From Verrucomicrobiales bacterium (lineage in GTDB: Bacteria; Verrucomicrobiota; Verrucomicrobiia; Verrucomicrobiales; V1-33), in contig JANOAV010000099.1 in the NCBI GenBank assembly GCA_031411295.1, positions 1-39,890 of the forward strand: a DNA stretch of 39,890 nt, given 5' to 3'. Shown here piece by piece: positions 18,227 to 27,290 of this stretch; the stretch's first letter is position 1; every line of letters begins with the position of its first letter. The translations under genes were made by a program, and so were the position numbers. The notes under the pieces were generated by a model that was given only the letters and a program-made list of their open reading frames with translations, had not been told where the DNA came from and did not search any database.

Positions 18227-19236
18227 GATTCCGCCACGATCCGGCGGATGATTTCCTGGCTGTTGATGCCTTCGCTCTCGGCATGGAAGTTCACCAGAAT
18301 CCGGTGGGCCAGCACGGGTTCGGCCACTGCATCCACATCATCCGAGCGGACGAGGTAGCTGCCTTGCAAGACGGCGCGCGCCTTGGCACCCAGCACCAAA
18401 TACTGCACCGCCCGCGGACCGGGGCCCCACATGACCCATTTTTTGATCCATTCGGGAGCTTCGGCTCCGGCGGGACGACATTTCCGCACCAGGTTCACGC
18501 AGCGCTCATACACATGCTCAGGCACTGGCACCCGACGCACGATCTCCTGGAACCGAAGAATATCCGCTGCGCTCAAAATCTTATTCAACACCGGAGGCGC
18601 GCCCCCAGTGGTGGCCTTGGCGATTTGCAGTTCTTCACTGGCGCTGGGGTAGCCCACGTTAATGAGGAACATGAAGCGATCCAACTGCGCTTCTGGTAGT
18701 GGGTAGGTGCCTTCCTGTTCGATTGGATTCTGCGTAGCGAGCACGAAGAATGGTGGCTCCAGCGTGAAACTATGTTTCCCGGCATTCACCTTCTGCTCCT
18801 GCATTGCCTGCAGCAACGCGGCCTGGGTCTTCGGCGGAGTCCGGTTGATTTCGTCCGCCAGCACGATGTTGGCGAAGATGGGTCCCTTGACGAATTCGAA
18901 GGCCCGCTTGCCCGGAATGTCACTATCCTGCAGAATTTCCGTGCCGGTGATATCGCTCGGCATCAAATCAGGGGTAAATTGCACACGGTTGAAATTAAGG
19001 CTCATCAGATCCGCCAGCGAATGAATTAACAGCGTCTTGGCCAAACCGGGCACCCCCATCAGGAGCGCATGGCCGCGGGCGAAAATGCAGATCAGGAGTT
19101 TCTCAATCACCTCATCCTGACCGATGATGATTTTGGACAATTCCGCGCGGATCTTGGTAAAAAGGACGCGCAACTCGTCGATGGCGGCTACATCGGCTTC
19201 GGGGGCGGCAGGACTGGTGATGGCAATTTCCGACAT
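18223..19236 (-). CDS. moxR: MoxR family AAA+ ATPase
   Basis: GVPGLAKT, RVQFTPDLMPSDITG, LADEINRTPPKTQAALL, ATQNPIEQEGTYPLPEAQLDRF. Confidence 0.95.
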   Translation of the reverse strand: MSEIAITSPAAPEADVAAIDELRVLFTKIRAELSKIIIGQDEVIEKLLICIFARGHALLMGVPGLAKTLLIHSLADLMSLNFNRVQFTPDLMPSDITGTEILQDSDIPGKRAFEFVKGPIFANIVLADEINRTPPKTQAALLQAMQEQKVNAGKHSFTLEPPFFVLATQNPIEQEGTYPLPEAQLDRFMFLINVGYPSASEELQIAKATTGGAPPVLNKILSAADILRFQEIVRRVPVPEHVYERCVNLVRKCRPAGAEAPEWIKKWVMWGPGPRAVQYLVLGAKARAVLQGSYLVRSDDVDAVAEPVLAHRILVNFHAESEGINSQEIIRRIVAES

Positions 19237-19448
19237 GTTAATGGCTATGGTAAAAAAGGGATTTGCGGGATGGTAGCGAGACTTGTGGCAGGCGCGAGGG
19301 AATTCGTCACGAAAATTATACGTTTTCTGACGATCCCAGCCTGAGTCAAAATTTGCAAGCCCCCCTCTTCAAATAATCTGAGGGGCGCGACTCATGAGAT
19401 TATAGCGACCGCAGGGAGGGTCGTTTTCACGGGTGGATCACTCGTCTC

Positions 19449-20531
19449 TTAGGGCAGCGTGGGCGGGCCCCCGTCCACGAGCTGATTCGTAATGCTCCGG
19501 TCAGCCTTGGCCGCCAGCCAATCCGCCACCGAAGGATGCACGAATTCGGTGCCGTTGGTAAGATCACCCATCGGGCGGAAGTGGCGTGAGTTGCCAGGGA
19601 TCAAGGCATACTTTCCACCCATGAATTGGGCATAGGAGTCAGTGGCATCAGGCACCACGTTCGCTGCGGTAATAGTCGGGAGACTGTTCGCATTGAGTTC
19701 AAGCCCACAGCCCTGCGCCTTCTCCAGCATCCAACGGAGCGGAATATTGGAGAGGCTATGATCGGCATAGCCACCACCCACATTCGAGTGAGCCCCCGTG
19801 AACCACACCTGCTGCACCTTTTGCTCATCGGTGGGCTCAGAAGTCCACAGAGTGGGCTTGAAATCGAGGCGGTTCTCGTGAATCGCCATGGCGTGGTAGC
19901 CATGTTTGATGTTCGGATGGAGATTCGTATCGTGGAGTTTATCGAGTTCGTCAGAGAAGTCCGAGGTGAATTTTTTGGAGAACAGATCGCCCACTGCTGC
20001 GGAGACGCCCAAGGCACCGACGACATCCCAGACTCCGAGAAATTCAATCGGCGGCTTGACCATTTCGTTGTGCGTGAAGAGACGATTGAAAACGTCAGTG
20101 ACTCCATGCAACCATGAACCACGATCCAGGTAGTCCATATAAATGGCTGCCGCTTCCACATCCTTGACGTTACCCAACTTTAGCCCGATATCGCAAACCA
20201 TCCCTGCCAAGCTGCAGGCGGTAAACGCACCCCGGCTGAATCCAGAGATGTAAATCTGGTCTCCCTCCGCATAATTGGCGCAAAGGAACTTGTAGCCGTC
20301 GAGAATTTTATCCGAGACCCCAAAGCCCGTGGCACCGCCGAAGACTGACGTGGCCGGCGTGGTGCCAACCCCAGTAGCGTAATGGACGATTTGCTCGTTA
20401 CCATCAGCGGCAGGGCCCTGCAGGACGCTATCCCTTAGTTTAACAACGTTAGTGTTTTCGTCCAGTGGGTCGCCACTGGCATCTGGTTTATTCCAAGTGC
20501 CATCGAAGCATAGAACGAGTCGCTTATTCAT
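19449..20531 (-). CDS. DUF2235 (Tle1-like) alpha/beta-hydrolase
   Basis: KRLVLCFDGTWN, TNVVKL, GFSRGA, GVWDVVGALG, HAMAIHENR, VWFTGAHSNVGGG. Confidence 0.92.
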   Translation of the reverse strand: MNKRLVLCFDGTWNKPDASGDPLDENTNVVKLRDSVLQGPAADGNEQIVHYATGVGTTPATSVFGGATGFGVSDKILDGYKFLCANYAEGDQIYISGFSRGAFTACSLAGMVCDIGLKLGNVKDVEAAAIYMDYLDRGSWLHGVTDVFNRLFTHNEMVKPPIEFLGVWDVVGALGVSAAVGDLFSKKFTSDFSDELDKLHDTNLHPNIKHGYHAMAIHENRLDFKPTLWTSEPTDEQKVQQVWFTGAHSNVGGGYADHSLSNIPLRWMLEKAQGCGLELNANSLPTITAANVVPDATDSYAQFMGGKYALIPGNSRHFRPMGDLTNGTEFVHPSVADWLAAKADRSITNQLVDGGPPTLP

Positions 20532-20844
20532 AAGGGTGGATTGATTATTAGTTAGTAATACTGAAACAACCGATCATGGAGCAGCGAAGTTTGGCCATGC
20601 TAATAACCTAAGGCAAGCGCACCATCGTGTGGCAGCTTGGCGCAAGCTGCCCGCATGACAACGACATTTTAACTTAACCAACGTTTGGCGTATTTGGACG
20701 AGCGTTTGTTCACTTGGAGAGCGACGGAGTAGCCACTTGGTCGGAGGCACCGATGGAAGCCATGGACTCCTGCGTCCTGCAGCTCGGATGCAACAATTCC
20801 CTTTACCCCTCCGATGCCCCCGCTAAGCTAACGAGATATATTCC

Positions 20845-21684
20845 ATGCCACTCCTCTCTGTCGAAAACCTCAGCTTAGGCTTCCGTGATCCCCGCGGCAG
20901 CATTACCTCCGCCGTGCGGAATCTCAATTTCACCTTGGAACGCGGAGCCGGTCTGGCTTTGGTAGGTGAAAGCGGGAGCGGCAAGAGCGTGACCGCGCTG
21001 TCGTTAGCGCGCCTGCTGCCGGAGCCTCCAGCGGTGATTCAAGGGGGAAGGGTCTTGTGGGAAGGGCAGAATATTTTTGAGCTAGCTCCAGAAGCCCTGC
21101 GGAAACTTCGGGGCAAGAAGATAGCGTATATTTTCCAGGAACCCGCCTCCGCTCTGAATCCGGTGCTCACGGTAAAACAACAAATTGCAGAAGTCCTGCA
21201 AACCCATCGTCCTGAAATCACCGACCGGGATGGCGAGATCCTCAAGTGGTTGCACGAAGTGGGGATCACCGATCCGGTCGGTCGCCTGCAAGCCTATCCG
21301 CACCAACTCAGTGGCGGGATGCAGCAGCGGGTCATGATTGCCATGGCCTTGGCTGCGCAGCCGGATTTGTTAATTGCCGACGAACCTACCACCGCGTTGG
21401 ACGTGACCATTCAGGCGCAGATTATTGATCTGCTCGCACGCCTCAAAGCCGCGCACGGCATGGCGGTTCTGCTGATCACCCACAACCTGGGGATCGTGAG
21501 CAAAGTGGTGGATCGCGTGGCCGTGATGTTTCGCGGAGATCTGGTGGAGCAGGGACCGGTCTCCCAGATTCTGCACTCCCCCACCCACCCCTACACCAAG
21601 GCCCTGCTGGCCTGCGTGCCCCGCTTGGGAGTCAAGCAACATCGACTCCCCACGATCGAAACTTTATTGCAAGCCAGCTCCTAA
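20845..21684 (+). CDS. Peptide/nickel ABC transporter ATP-binding subunit (OppD/DppD-like)
   Basis: [45 protein letters not shown]. Confidence 0.93.
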   Translation: MPLLSVENLSLGFRDPRGSITSAVRNLNFTLERGAGLALVGESGSGKSVTALSLARLLPEPPAVIQGGRVLWEGQNIFELAPEALRKLRGKKIAYIFQEPASALNPVLTVKQQIAEVLQTHRPEITDRDGEILKWLHEVGITDPVGRLQAYPHQLSGGMQQRVMIAMALAAQPDLLIADEPTTALDVTIQAQIIDLLARLKAAHGMAVLLITHNLGIVSKVVDRVAVMFRGDLVEQGPVSQILHSPTHPYTKALLACVPRLGVKQHRLPTIETLLQASS

Positions 21685-21685
21685 C

Positions 21686-21904
21686 ATGCAACACGAAACT
21701 CCCATCCTCACGACCGCCATCGTCCTCGAACCTGGACGAGATCGGCTATACCCTGTAGCCTTGCCGAACGGGAAACGCTGCCTGGCTCACATTCCGCCAT
21801 GGTTGCAGGACGAGATTCCGCCGCTGAGCGTAGGGCAACGCGTCCGGATGGAGATGACTCCTTATGATTTCAATACCGGCAGGATAGCTGGGGTCGTGGA
21901 GTGA
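21686..21904 (+). CDS. Divergent translation initiation factor IF-1-like S1/OB protein
   Basis: 72 aa; VALPNGKRCLAHI...GQRVRMEMTPYDFNTGRI matches the IF-1 pattern, but the central basic segment is replaced. Confidence 0.72.
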   Translation: MQHETPILTTAIVLEPGRDRLYPVALPNGKRCLAHIPPWLQDEIPPLSVGQRVRMEMTPYDFNTGRIAGVVE

Positions 21905-22038
21905 CTAGCTATTGGGAAATTTCGGTTCCACCGGGCGACACTTGATCGGTGGAATTAAAGCAGTCCAGCGGACTGCTTCCACCCTCGCTGACAGGAAATT
22001 CCTCTTGTCTAACGCGGTGGATTTGCTATGAACTTACC

Positions 22039-23544
22039 ATGCCTCCCAAATTAAATTTCCATTCCACGGCTTGGATCGCATTAGCCATTACCAGTGGCTG
22101 GGCTCTGAGCGCGGAGGCTTTGACTGGCACTGCCGCACCGGAGACAAGCATCGTGGCTGAATCGAGCAGGGAGACACCAGCCAAAGGAGAGTCCACAGAA
22201 GAGCAATCATCTGAAAAAGCAGATGATTCCAAATCCGACGAAGCAAAGGATGAGCCAGCCACCGAAACCACAAGTGGCGGAGGTGGCGGCATGGGCGGAG
22301 CGGCCATCGAAAACGCCCCCGCTCGCGAGCCGTCGGAATCGCATGATGACTTTGCCAGTTCACTGACGTCCAGTTTCTGGGGCGCGCCTTCGGGCGGAGG
22401 AGGCCGCTCGGGCAGTGCTGGCGGTTCCACTCGAGGGTCCAGCAATAGTGCAGCGGAAGCCGGAGCTGCGGTGCTAGGAGTTCGAAAATCTGGAGGAGCC
22501 GCAAGCGGCGCAAACAACAGTGGAGAAACGGGTGGCGGAACTGCCGGAGGAACTAGCGCGGGCACCATCTTGATCGGAGGCAGTTCAGGGACTATGACCT
22601 CCACCATCGGCGGAGGATCACTCCTTCTGAATAATGGCGGCCTGGTGGGTTCGGGAACGACGGTTCTGACAGGAGCGACGCTTTCCGGTGGGATTATTAC
22701 CGTCAATTCAGCCCTCACCCAAACACTCAGTGGAGGGATTGCTGGAACAAGTGTCGCTGGCGTGACGAAGGAAGGAACAGGGACATTGGCCTTGTCTGGA
22801 GTCAACCTCTATACTGGAGCGACGACGATCAACGGAGGAACTCTGATAGTAAACCAAAGCCTCAACGGCGGCCCCGTGGTGCTCAATGGAGGCCACTTAA
22901 CCCTGGCCAACACTTTCACAGGGACTAACCGCATTACGTTTAACAATGGAACCGCCCAGATCGGCGGCGTCAGCAGACTAACTTTCGCTACCGGGGCAAT
23001 CCTAACGCTACCTGATTCCACCACCATAACTGTCCCCGCTGGCGGAAGCATCGAACTTCCCTCCAACGGATCCCTGAGCGCCACCGCTGGCCTGATCACC
23101 ATCACCCAATCTGGTGCCACCGTGGTAGATGCCAGTGGCAACCCCGTCACCCTGCCTGCGGGCACTACCTTTGGATCTGTAGCCGGACTATCTCTTACCG
23201 CCCTGGGAGGCTCCCTCGCCCCGAGCGGCATTGGGAGCCAGTTAATTGGTTCCACCATGGTGGCCGGGAATTCTCCCGATTTACTAACTCTGCCACCTGA
23301 CGCGGATGTTACAGGTTCGATCAATCTATTCGATTCCGGTGATCAACTGGGGATCGTTTCCGACAGCTTGCTGGAGCTAAACCCGGCCGACCTTGTAGTC
23401 GGGAATTTTGCGGGAACCCTTGTATCTTCTGGCCCTGTTGGAATCAACTATTATAGCCTCAATGCGGTCGCAGTGCCGGAACCTGGATCGCTGACTGCAG
23501 TTGGAGCCTTGTGGTTCCTTTGCTGGCGGCGGCAGCGGCGGTAA
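22039..23544 (+). CDS. PEP-CTERM surface protein with autotransporter-associated beta-strand repeat
   Basis: Signal peptide after ATG 22039; VTKEGTGTLALSGVNLYTGATTINGGTL; C-terminal VPEPGSL-hydrophobic-RRQRR. Confidence 0.88.
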   Translation: MPPKLNFHSTAWIALAITSGWALSAEALTGTAAPETSIVAESSRETPAKGESTEEQSSEKADDSKSDEAKDEPATETTSGGGGGMGGAAIENAPAREPSESHDDFASSLTSSFWGAPSGGGGRSGSAGGSTRGSSNSAAEAGAAVLGVRKSGGAASGANNSGETGGGTAGGTSAGTILIGGSSGTMTSTIGGGSLLLNNGGLVGSGTTVLTGATLSGGIITVNSALTQTLSGGIAGTSVAGVTKEGTGTLALSGVNLYTGATTINGGTLIVNQSLNGGPVVLNGGHLTLANTFTGTNRITFNNGTAQIGGVSRLTFATGAILTLPDSTTITVPAGGSIELPSNGSLSATAGLITITQSGATVVDASGNPVTLPAGTTFGSVAGLSLTALGGSLAPSGIGSQLIGSTMVAGNSPDLLTLPPDADVTGSINLFDSGDQLGIVSDSLLELNPADLVVGNFAGTLVSSGPVGINYYSLNAVAVPEPGSLTAVGALWFLCWRRQRR

Positions 23545-23720
23545 TGCACACGATTGAACTGCTCCCACCAGAATTTGCTGAGGACGACGGCTATCTGCGC
23601 GTGCAGACTCATCTGCGTTTGCTGCGCGGTGGCGTGAAATATCCTGAGTCCAGCAGCTTGGATCGTTCAGACCATTCGCTGGATCAGCCATCCTCCCAGA
23701 CCAAATTCGAGCGCGAGTAG
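23544..23720 (+). CDS. Small hypothetical protein (58 aa)
   Basis: ATG overlaps the PEP-CTERM stop (TAATG) and the ORF fills the gap before the convergent gene; no family recognised. Confidence 0.4.
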   Translation: MHTIELLPPEFAEDDGYLRVQTHLRLLRGGVKYPESSSLDRSDHSLDQPSSQTKFERE

Positions 23721-23767
23721 ATTCCGGGCCGACATTTAGCTAACAGATATGACGATGCTGCCGCCCC

Positions 23768-24955
23768 TCAATTACGCGGCACCAGTCGGGCAATTTTTCC
23801 CTGCCAATCGAGGACGAGAATCTCCTTGTTAGCATCCTCGTAGATACCGGTGGCTTTGGAGACTGGGCCTTTGCTGGCGTCGGTGGCTTGGAGCAGCAGA
23901 TCATTCGCCACCATTTTTTTGGCTGCTTTATCATAGCGCAAGGCCCAGATTCGACTACTGCCCCAGTCTGCATAAACATAGGCTCCTTGCAGCGCGGGGA
24001 TTTTGCTCCCCCGATACACCACACCACCAGTAATACTGATGCCTTGATCCCGGGAATAAACGTGGATCGGTTCGACAAACTTCGCGTCCGCTGGGGCGGC
24101 ATCGGTGCGGCCGGGAAAGGCTCCGTGGCCCTCCCGGAAGCTCCATCCGTAATTGCCACCTTTCTCGATCAAGTTAATTTCTTCGAACAACTCCTGCCCC
24201 ACATCAGCCACCCACAGAGAACCCTCTGCATCGAAGGCCATCCCCCACGGATTGCGGATACCCAAGGCATAGATTTCCTCGCGATAACCCTCCTTTTTCA
24301 CAAAAGGATTATCGCCCGGAATCCCATAGGCCCGCACTCCGCTGCGGGTATCCACATCCAGTCGCAAAATTTTACCGTTGAGCGAGAACGTGTTTTGAGC
24401 CAACCGAGTCGGGTCCCCACCCTTCCCACCACCATCCCCAATCCCAAGATACAGCATGCCATCAGGTCCGAATACGAGGTTGCCACCATGATGGTTCCAA
24501 TAGGGCAGTTGATGTTCCAACAAGATGCGTTCGGTCGCGAGATCGGCTTGATCTGGATTTTTCTCACTGGCCTGCATTTCGCTGAGGACCAGTCGTTTGG
24601 GCCCTTGCTGGGTATAGCAGAGGTAGAACTTGCGATTCTCCCGATACTGGGGATGGAAAGCCATGCCCACCAGTCCCTCCTCGAACTCACTCGTCTTATC
24701 CGCCTCCATCTTCCGTGGAGATAGATCGAGAAACATCGTGGCTTCGCGCTTCGATTCATCGGCCGGTAAAATCCTAACCTGTCCCCGTTGCTGCCCCAGG
24801 AACAGCCGGGACGAACCATCTGGTGGTGTTACCAGCACGATGGGACGTGGGGTCTCCAAGTCGGCAAAGACTGGAGCCAAGGCCACGGCGGGAGCTTCTG
24901 CGTGAAGGTTGGTGACTGCGAGGAGCAAGGTGAGGAGAGAGGACTGATGAGACAT
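23768..24955 (-). CDS. PQQ-dependent sugar dehydrogenase family (glucose/sorbosone dehydrogenase, beta-propeller)
   Basis: Signal peptide; EEGLVGMAFHP, NHHGG.LVFGPDGMLY.GIGDGG, GKILRLDVD, YALGIRNPW, EEINLIEKGGNYGW. Confidence 0.92.
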   Translation of the reverse strand: MSHQSSLLTLLLAVTNLHAEAPAVALAPVFADLETPRPIVLVTPPDGSSRLFLGQQRGQVRILPADESKREATMFLDLSPRKMEADKTSEFEEGLVGMAFHPQYRENRKFYLCYTQQGPKRLVLSEMQASEKNPDQADLATERILLEHQLPYWNHHGGNLVFGPDGMLYLGIGDGGGKGGDPTRLAQNTFSLNGKILRLDVDTRSGVRAYGIPGDNPFVKKEGYREEIYALGIRNPWGMAFDAEGSLWVADVGQELFEEINLIEKGGNYGWSFREGHGAFPGRTDAAPADAKFVEPIHVYSRDQGISITGGVVYRGSKIPALQGAYVYADWGSSRIWALRYDKAAKKMVANDLLLQATDASKGPVSKATGIYEDANKEILVLDWQGKIARLVPRN

Positions 24956-25052
24956 AGGTTATCCATCAAACGAATTTCCTGAGTCCATGGCAAGCACGCA
25001 AACGCACAATCTTGGGAACCGTGGGAACCGAAACGGCGGATTTTTGCACGCT

Positions 25053-25154
25053 CAAGGATTGGGGCTTTGAAAGCCCCACACACAGGCCTGGGTATGGCAT
25101 GGCGTGAGTTGAGTTCCGATCATGATGCCGGGGCTTGCAAAGCCCCGCACCTTG
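25053..25154. repeat. Inverted pair of REP-like hairpin units
   Basis: CAAGGATTGGGGCTTTGAAAGCCCC (25053-25077) and, on the minus strand, CAAGGTGCGGGGCTTTGCAAGCCCC (25130-25154). Confidence 0.7.
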
Positions 25155-25253
25155 GGAAGAAGCCCGTGCAAACATCCTCCGTGTGGGAACCGGAAAGGAA
25201 ACCTCGTCTGGCACACCGGATTCTGCGACAGCTTGAAGGTCCGCAGCTCTTTG

Positions 25254-25850
25254 CTACTGCTGCACTTCCCGATGCCGGAAGCACCCCACGCGATGGTCGT
25301 TCACCATGCCCACGGCCTGCATAAAGGCATAGACGATAGTGCTGCCAACGAATTTGAAGCCGCGCTTTTTGAGATCCCGGCTCATGGCATCGGATTCTGG
25401 GCTGGTGGCGGGCAGATCGGTCATGCTTTGGCGTTGATTCACCATGGGCTTGCCGCCGACGAATGACCAAAGGTATTTACTGAAGCTACCTTCCTCCTGT
25501 TGGATTCTCAGATAAGCCTGCGCGTTCACGATGGCGGCGTTGATCTTGAGCCGATTCCGCACGATGCCTTCGTCCGCCATAAGTTGCGCAAATTTCTTGT
25601 CCCCATATTTGGCGATCTGCTTGGGATCGAAATTGTCGAAGGCCCGGTAGTAGTTGTCGCGTTTTTTCAAAATGGTAATCCAGCTCAACCCGGCCTGGGC
25701 TCCGTCCAGGATGAGCTTCGCAAAGAGCGCTTGATCATCATAAACGGGCACACCCCATTCTTCATCGTGATACGCTTCGTAAAGCTCACTCCCGCCGCAC
25801 CAAGCACAGCGGGGTTTGCCATCGGTGGCGAGCATGGGTTTGAAGTTCAT
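25254..25850 (-). CDS. tag: DNA-3-methyladenine glycosylase I
   Basis: RCAW, YHDEEWGVP, QAGLSWITILKKR, GIVRNRLKI, GFKFVGSTIVYAFMQAVGMVNDH..C. Confidence 0.96.
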   Translation of the reverse strand: MNFKPMLATDGKPRCAWCGGSELYEAYHDEEWGVPVYDDQALFAKLILDGAQAGLSWITILKKRDNYYRAFDNFDPKQIAKYGDKKFAQLMADEGIVRNRLKINAAIVNAQAYLRIQQEEGSFSKYLWSFVGGKPMVNQRQSMTDLPATSPESDAMSRDLKKRGFKFVGSTIVYAFMQAVGMVNDHRVGCFRHREVQQ

Positions 25851-25861
25851 GTTCTGGGTGG

Positions 25862-27196
25862 TTAGTCTCCGAGGACGCCTTTGACGGAAGTTTCCTCCGG
25901 GGTCACGAAATCCTCTCCTCGCAGCACCCATCCCGTTTGCACGTAGTGGGTGATTTCCACCTGCTTGTCGTTAGTGGAGTGGTCTGGATACTTAATACGC
26001 AGGACGCAGAAGACGCTCTGTTTACCCAGCAAGGCCGACATGAATTTCTCATGCGCGGGAGACTGCCGGAGGACGTAACCGTAGAGCATCTGTTCCTTAT
26101 CTTTGGTGTAAAGTTTATAGGCTTGGTGGGTCTCGCTCGATGGGAAATCGAGATTCGGGTAGGAGGTAGGCTCGATCGTGAATCGGAAAAGTGTGGGTTT
26201 GGTGATCTTCTCAGACTGGAACTGACGCAGTGGCATTTCGCCATAGGCGACGTAGCTTTCCCAATCGACACGATAGCCTTCCGGGGTTTTCTCCAGTGAA
26301 ATGGTGAAAGGGCGGTATTGCTTGGTTTCCAGGGAGGCCACGATGAAATTTTTATGCACAAAGAGAGCATCAAAGCGCGGCAGGGCATTGTAATCACCGG
26401 GCTGGAAAGCCCCTTGCTCCTGGTAGTAGGAATCCATCAGGGGATGGACGCGCTCGGGCTCGCGCACCAGCGACTTCATCGCTTCCGGGCTCTTGGCATC
26501 CACGAAGGCTTTGAGGGTAGGCAGGAGATCGGCTAGCAATTCCGTTTTGGGACGCAACTCTAACCCGCTTGGTTTCTCTTTTGCTGGCGTCGCTGCACGA
26601 GCTTCGCTCGGGGCATAGCTTAAGGTGTTTTTCTGCCGGACTTGGATGATTTTCCAAGTTAGCGCAGTGAGAGCCACCACCACGGTAAGGATCAATCCCC
26701 AAGGGAGTCGCTCCAACGCTCGTTTCCAAGCCCGCCAAGTGGTCGTGGTGCGGGACCGTTCTCCGCCAGAATCCCATTCCATATTGCGTTCCCGCAACTC
26801 ATGCCGTGAGATCCGTTTTCGCTTCAGCGGCGGTGGATCGTTGGGACCTTGCACCATCCCCGGATCGGTCGTGCGTGACAGTCGATCTTTGAATTCGATA
26901 TCCCGCAGCTCGGGAGATTTGGGTTCCCAAGATTCTCGACTGGTGCGGATTTTTGGCGCATCGGGATTGAAGCTGCGGGCGACCGGGATGGGAACTGGCG
27001 GTAGTTCGGGGGGCGGCAGCGGCTCTCCTGGGATCGCTTCGGGGAGGTTCGCCTCGCTCAACTCAGGTGCTTCGTCCAGCGTCAGCGGATGCTTGCAGGC
27101 TGGGCACAACGCCCGTGCGTTACCGAGGTCCTTCGGTAATTTGGCGGGTTTGCCGCAGTGGCTGCAAGTCAGGATCTTCCAAGTAATAATTGCCAT
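25862..27196 (-). CDS. Hypothetical bitopic membrane protein with N-terminal zinc ribbon
   Basis: CSHC-x15-CPAC, a Pro-rich linker, one hydrophobic helix (WGLILTVVVALTALTW) and a globular C-terminal domain. Confidence 0.75.
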   Translation of the reverse strand: MAIITWKILTCSHCGKPAKLPKDLGNARALCPACKHPLTLDEAPELSEANLPEAIPGEPLPPPELPPVPIPVARSFNPDAPKIRTSRESWEPKSPELRDIEFKDRLSRTTDPGMVQGPNDPPPLKRKRISRHELRERNMEWDSGGERSRTTTTWRAWKRALERLPWGLILTVVVALTALTWKIIQVRQKNTLSYAPSEARAATPAKEKPSGLELRPKTELLADLLPTLKAFVDAKSPEAMKSLVREPERVHPLMDSYYQEQGAFQPGDYNALPRFDALFVHKNFIVASLETKQYRPFTISLEKTPEGYRVDWESYVAYGEMPLRQFQSEKITKPTLFRFTIEPTSYPNLDFPSSETHQAYKLYTKDKEQMLYGYVLRQSPAHEKFMSALLGKQSVFCVLRIKYPDHSTNDKQVEITHYVQTGWVLRGEDFVTPEETSVKGVLGD

Positions 27197-27290
27197 GTCA
27201 GGGTTGCATCATGCAGGATTATCGAGGAAGATCAATCATTCTTCGCGCAGCACCTCGTTTTCTCGTTTGCTCGTTGGGCCGATGCCGGGG

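Noticed and set aside
19342..19394. Weak hairpin between moxR and the DUF2235 gene
   Set aside because: Short interrupted stems with no U-tract; not distinguishable from chance.
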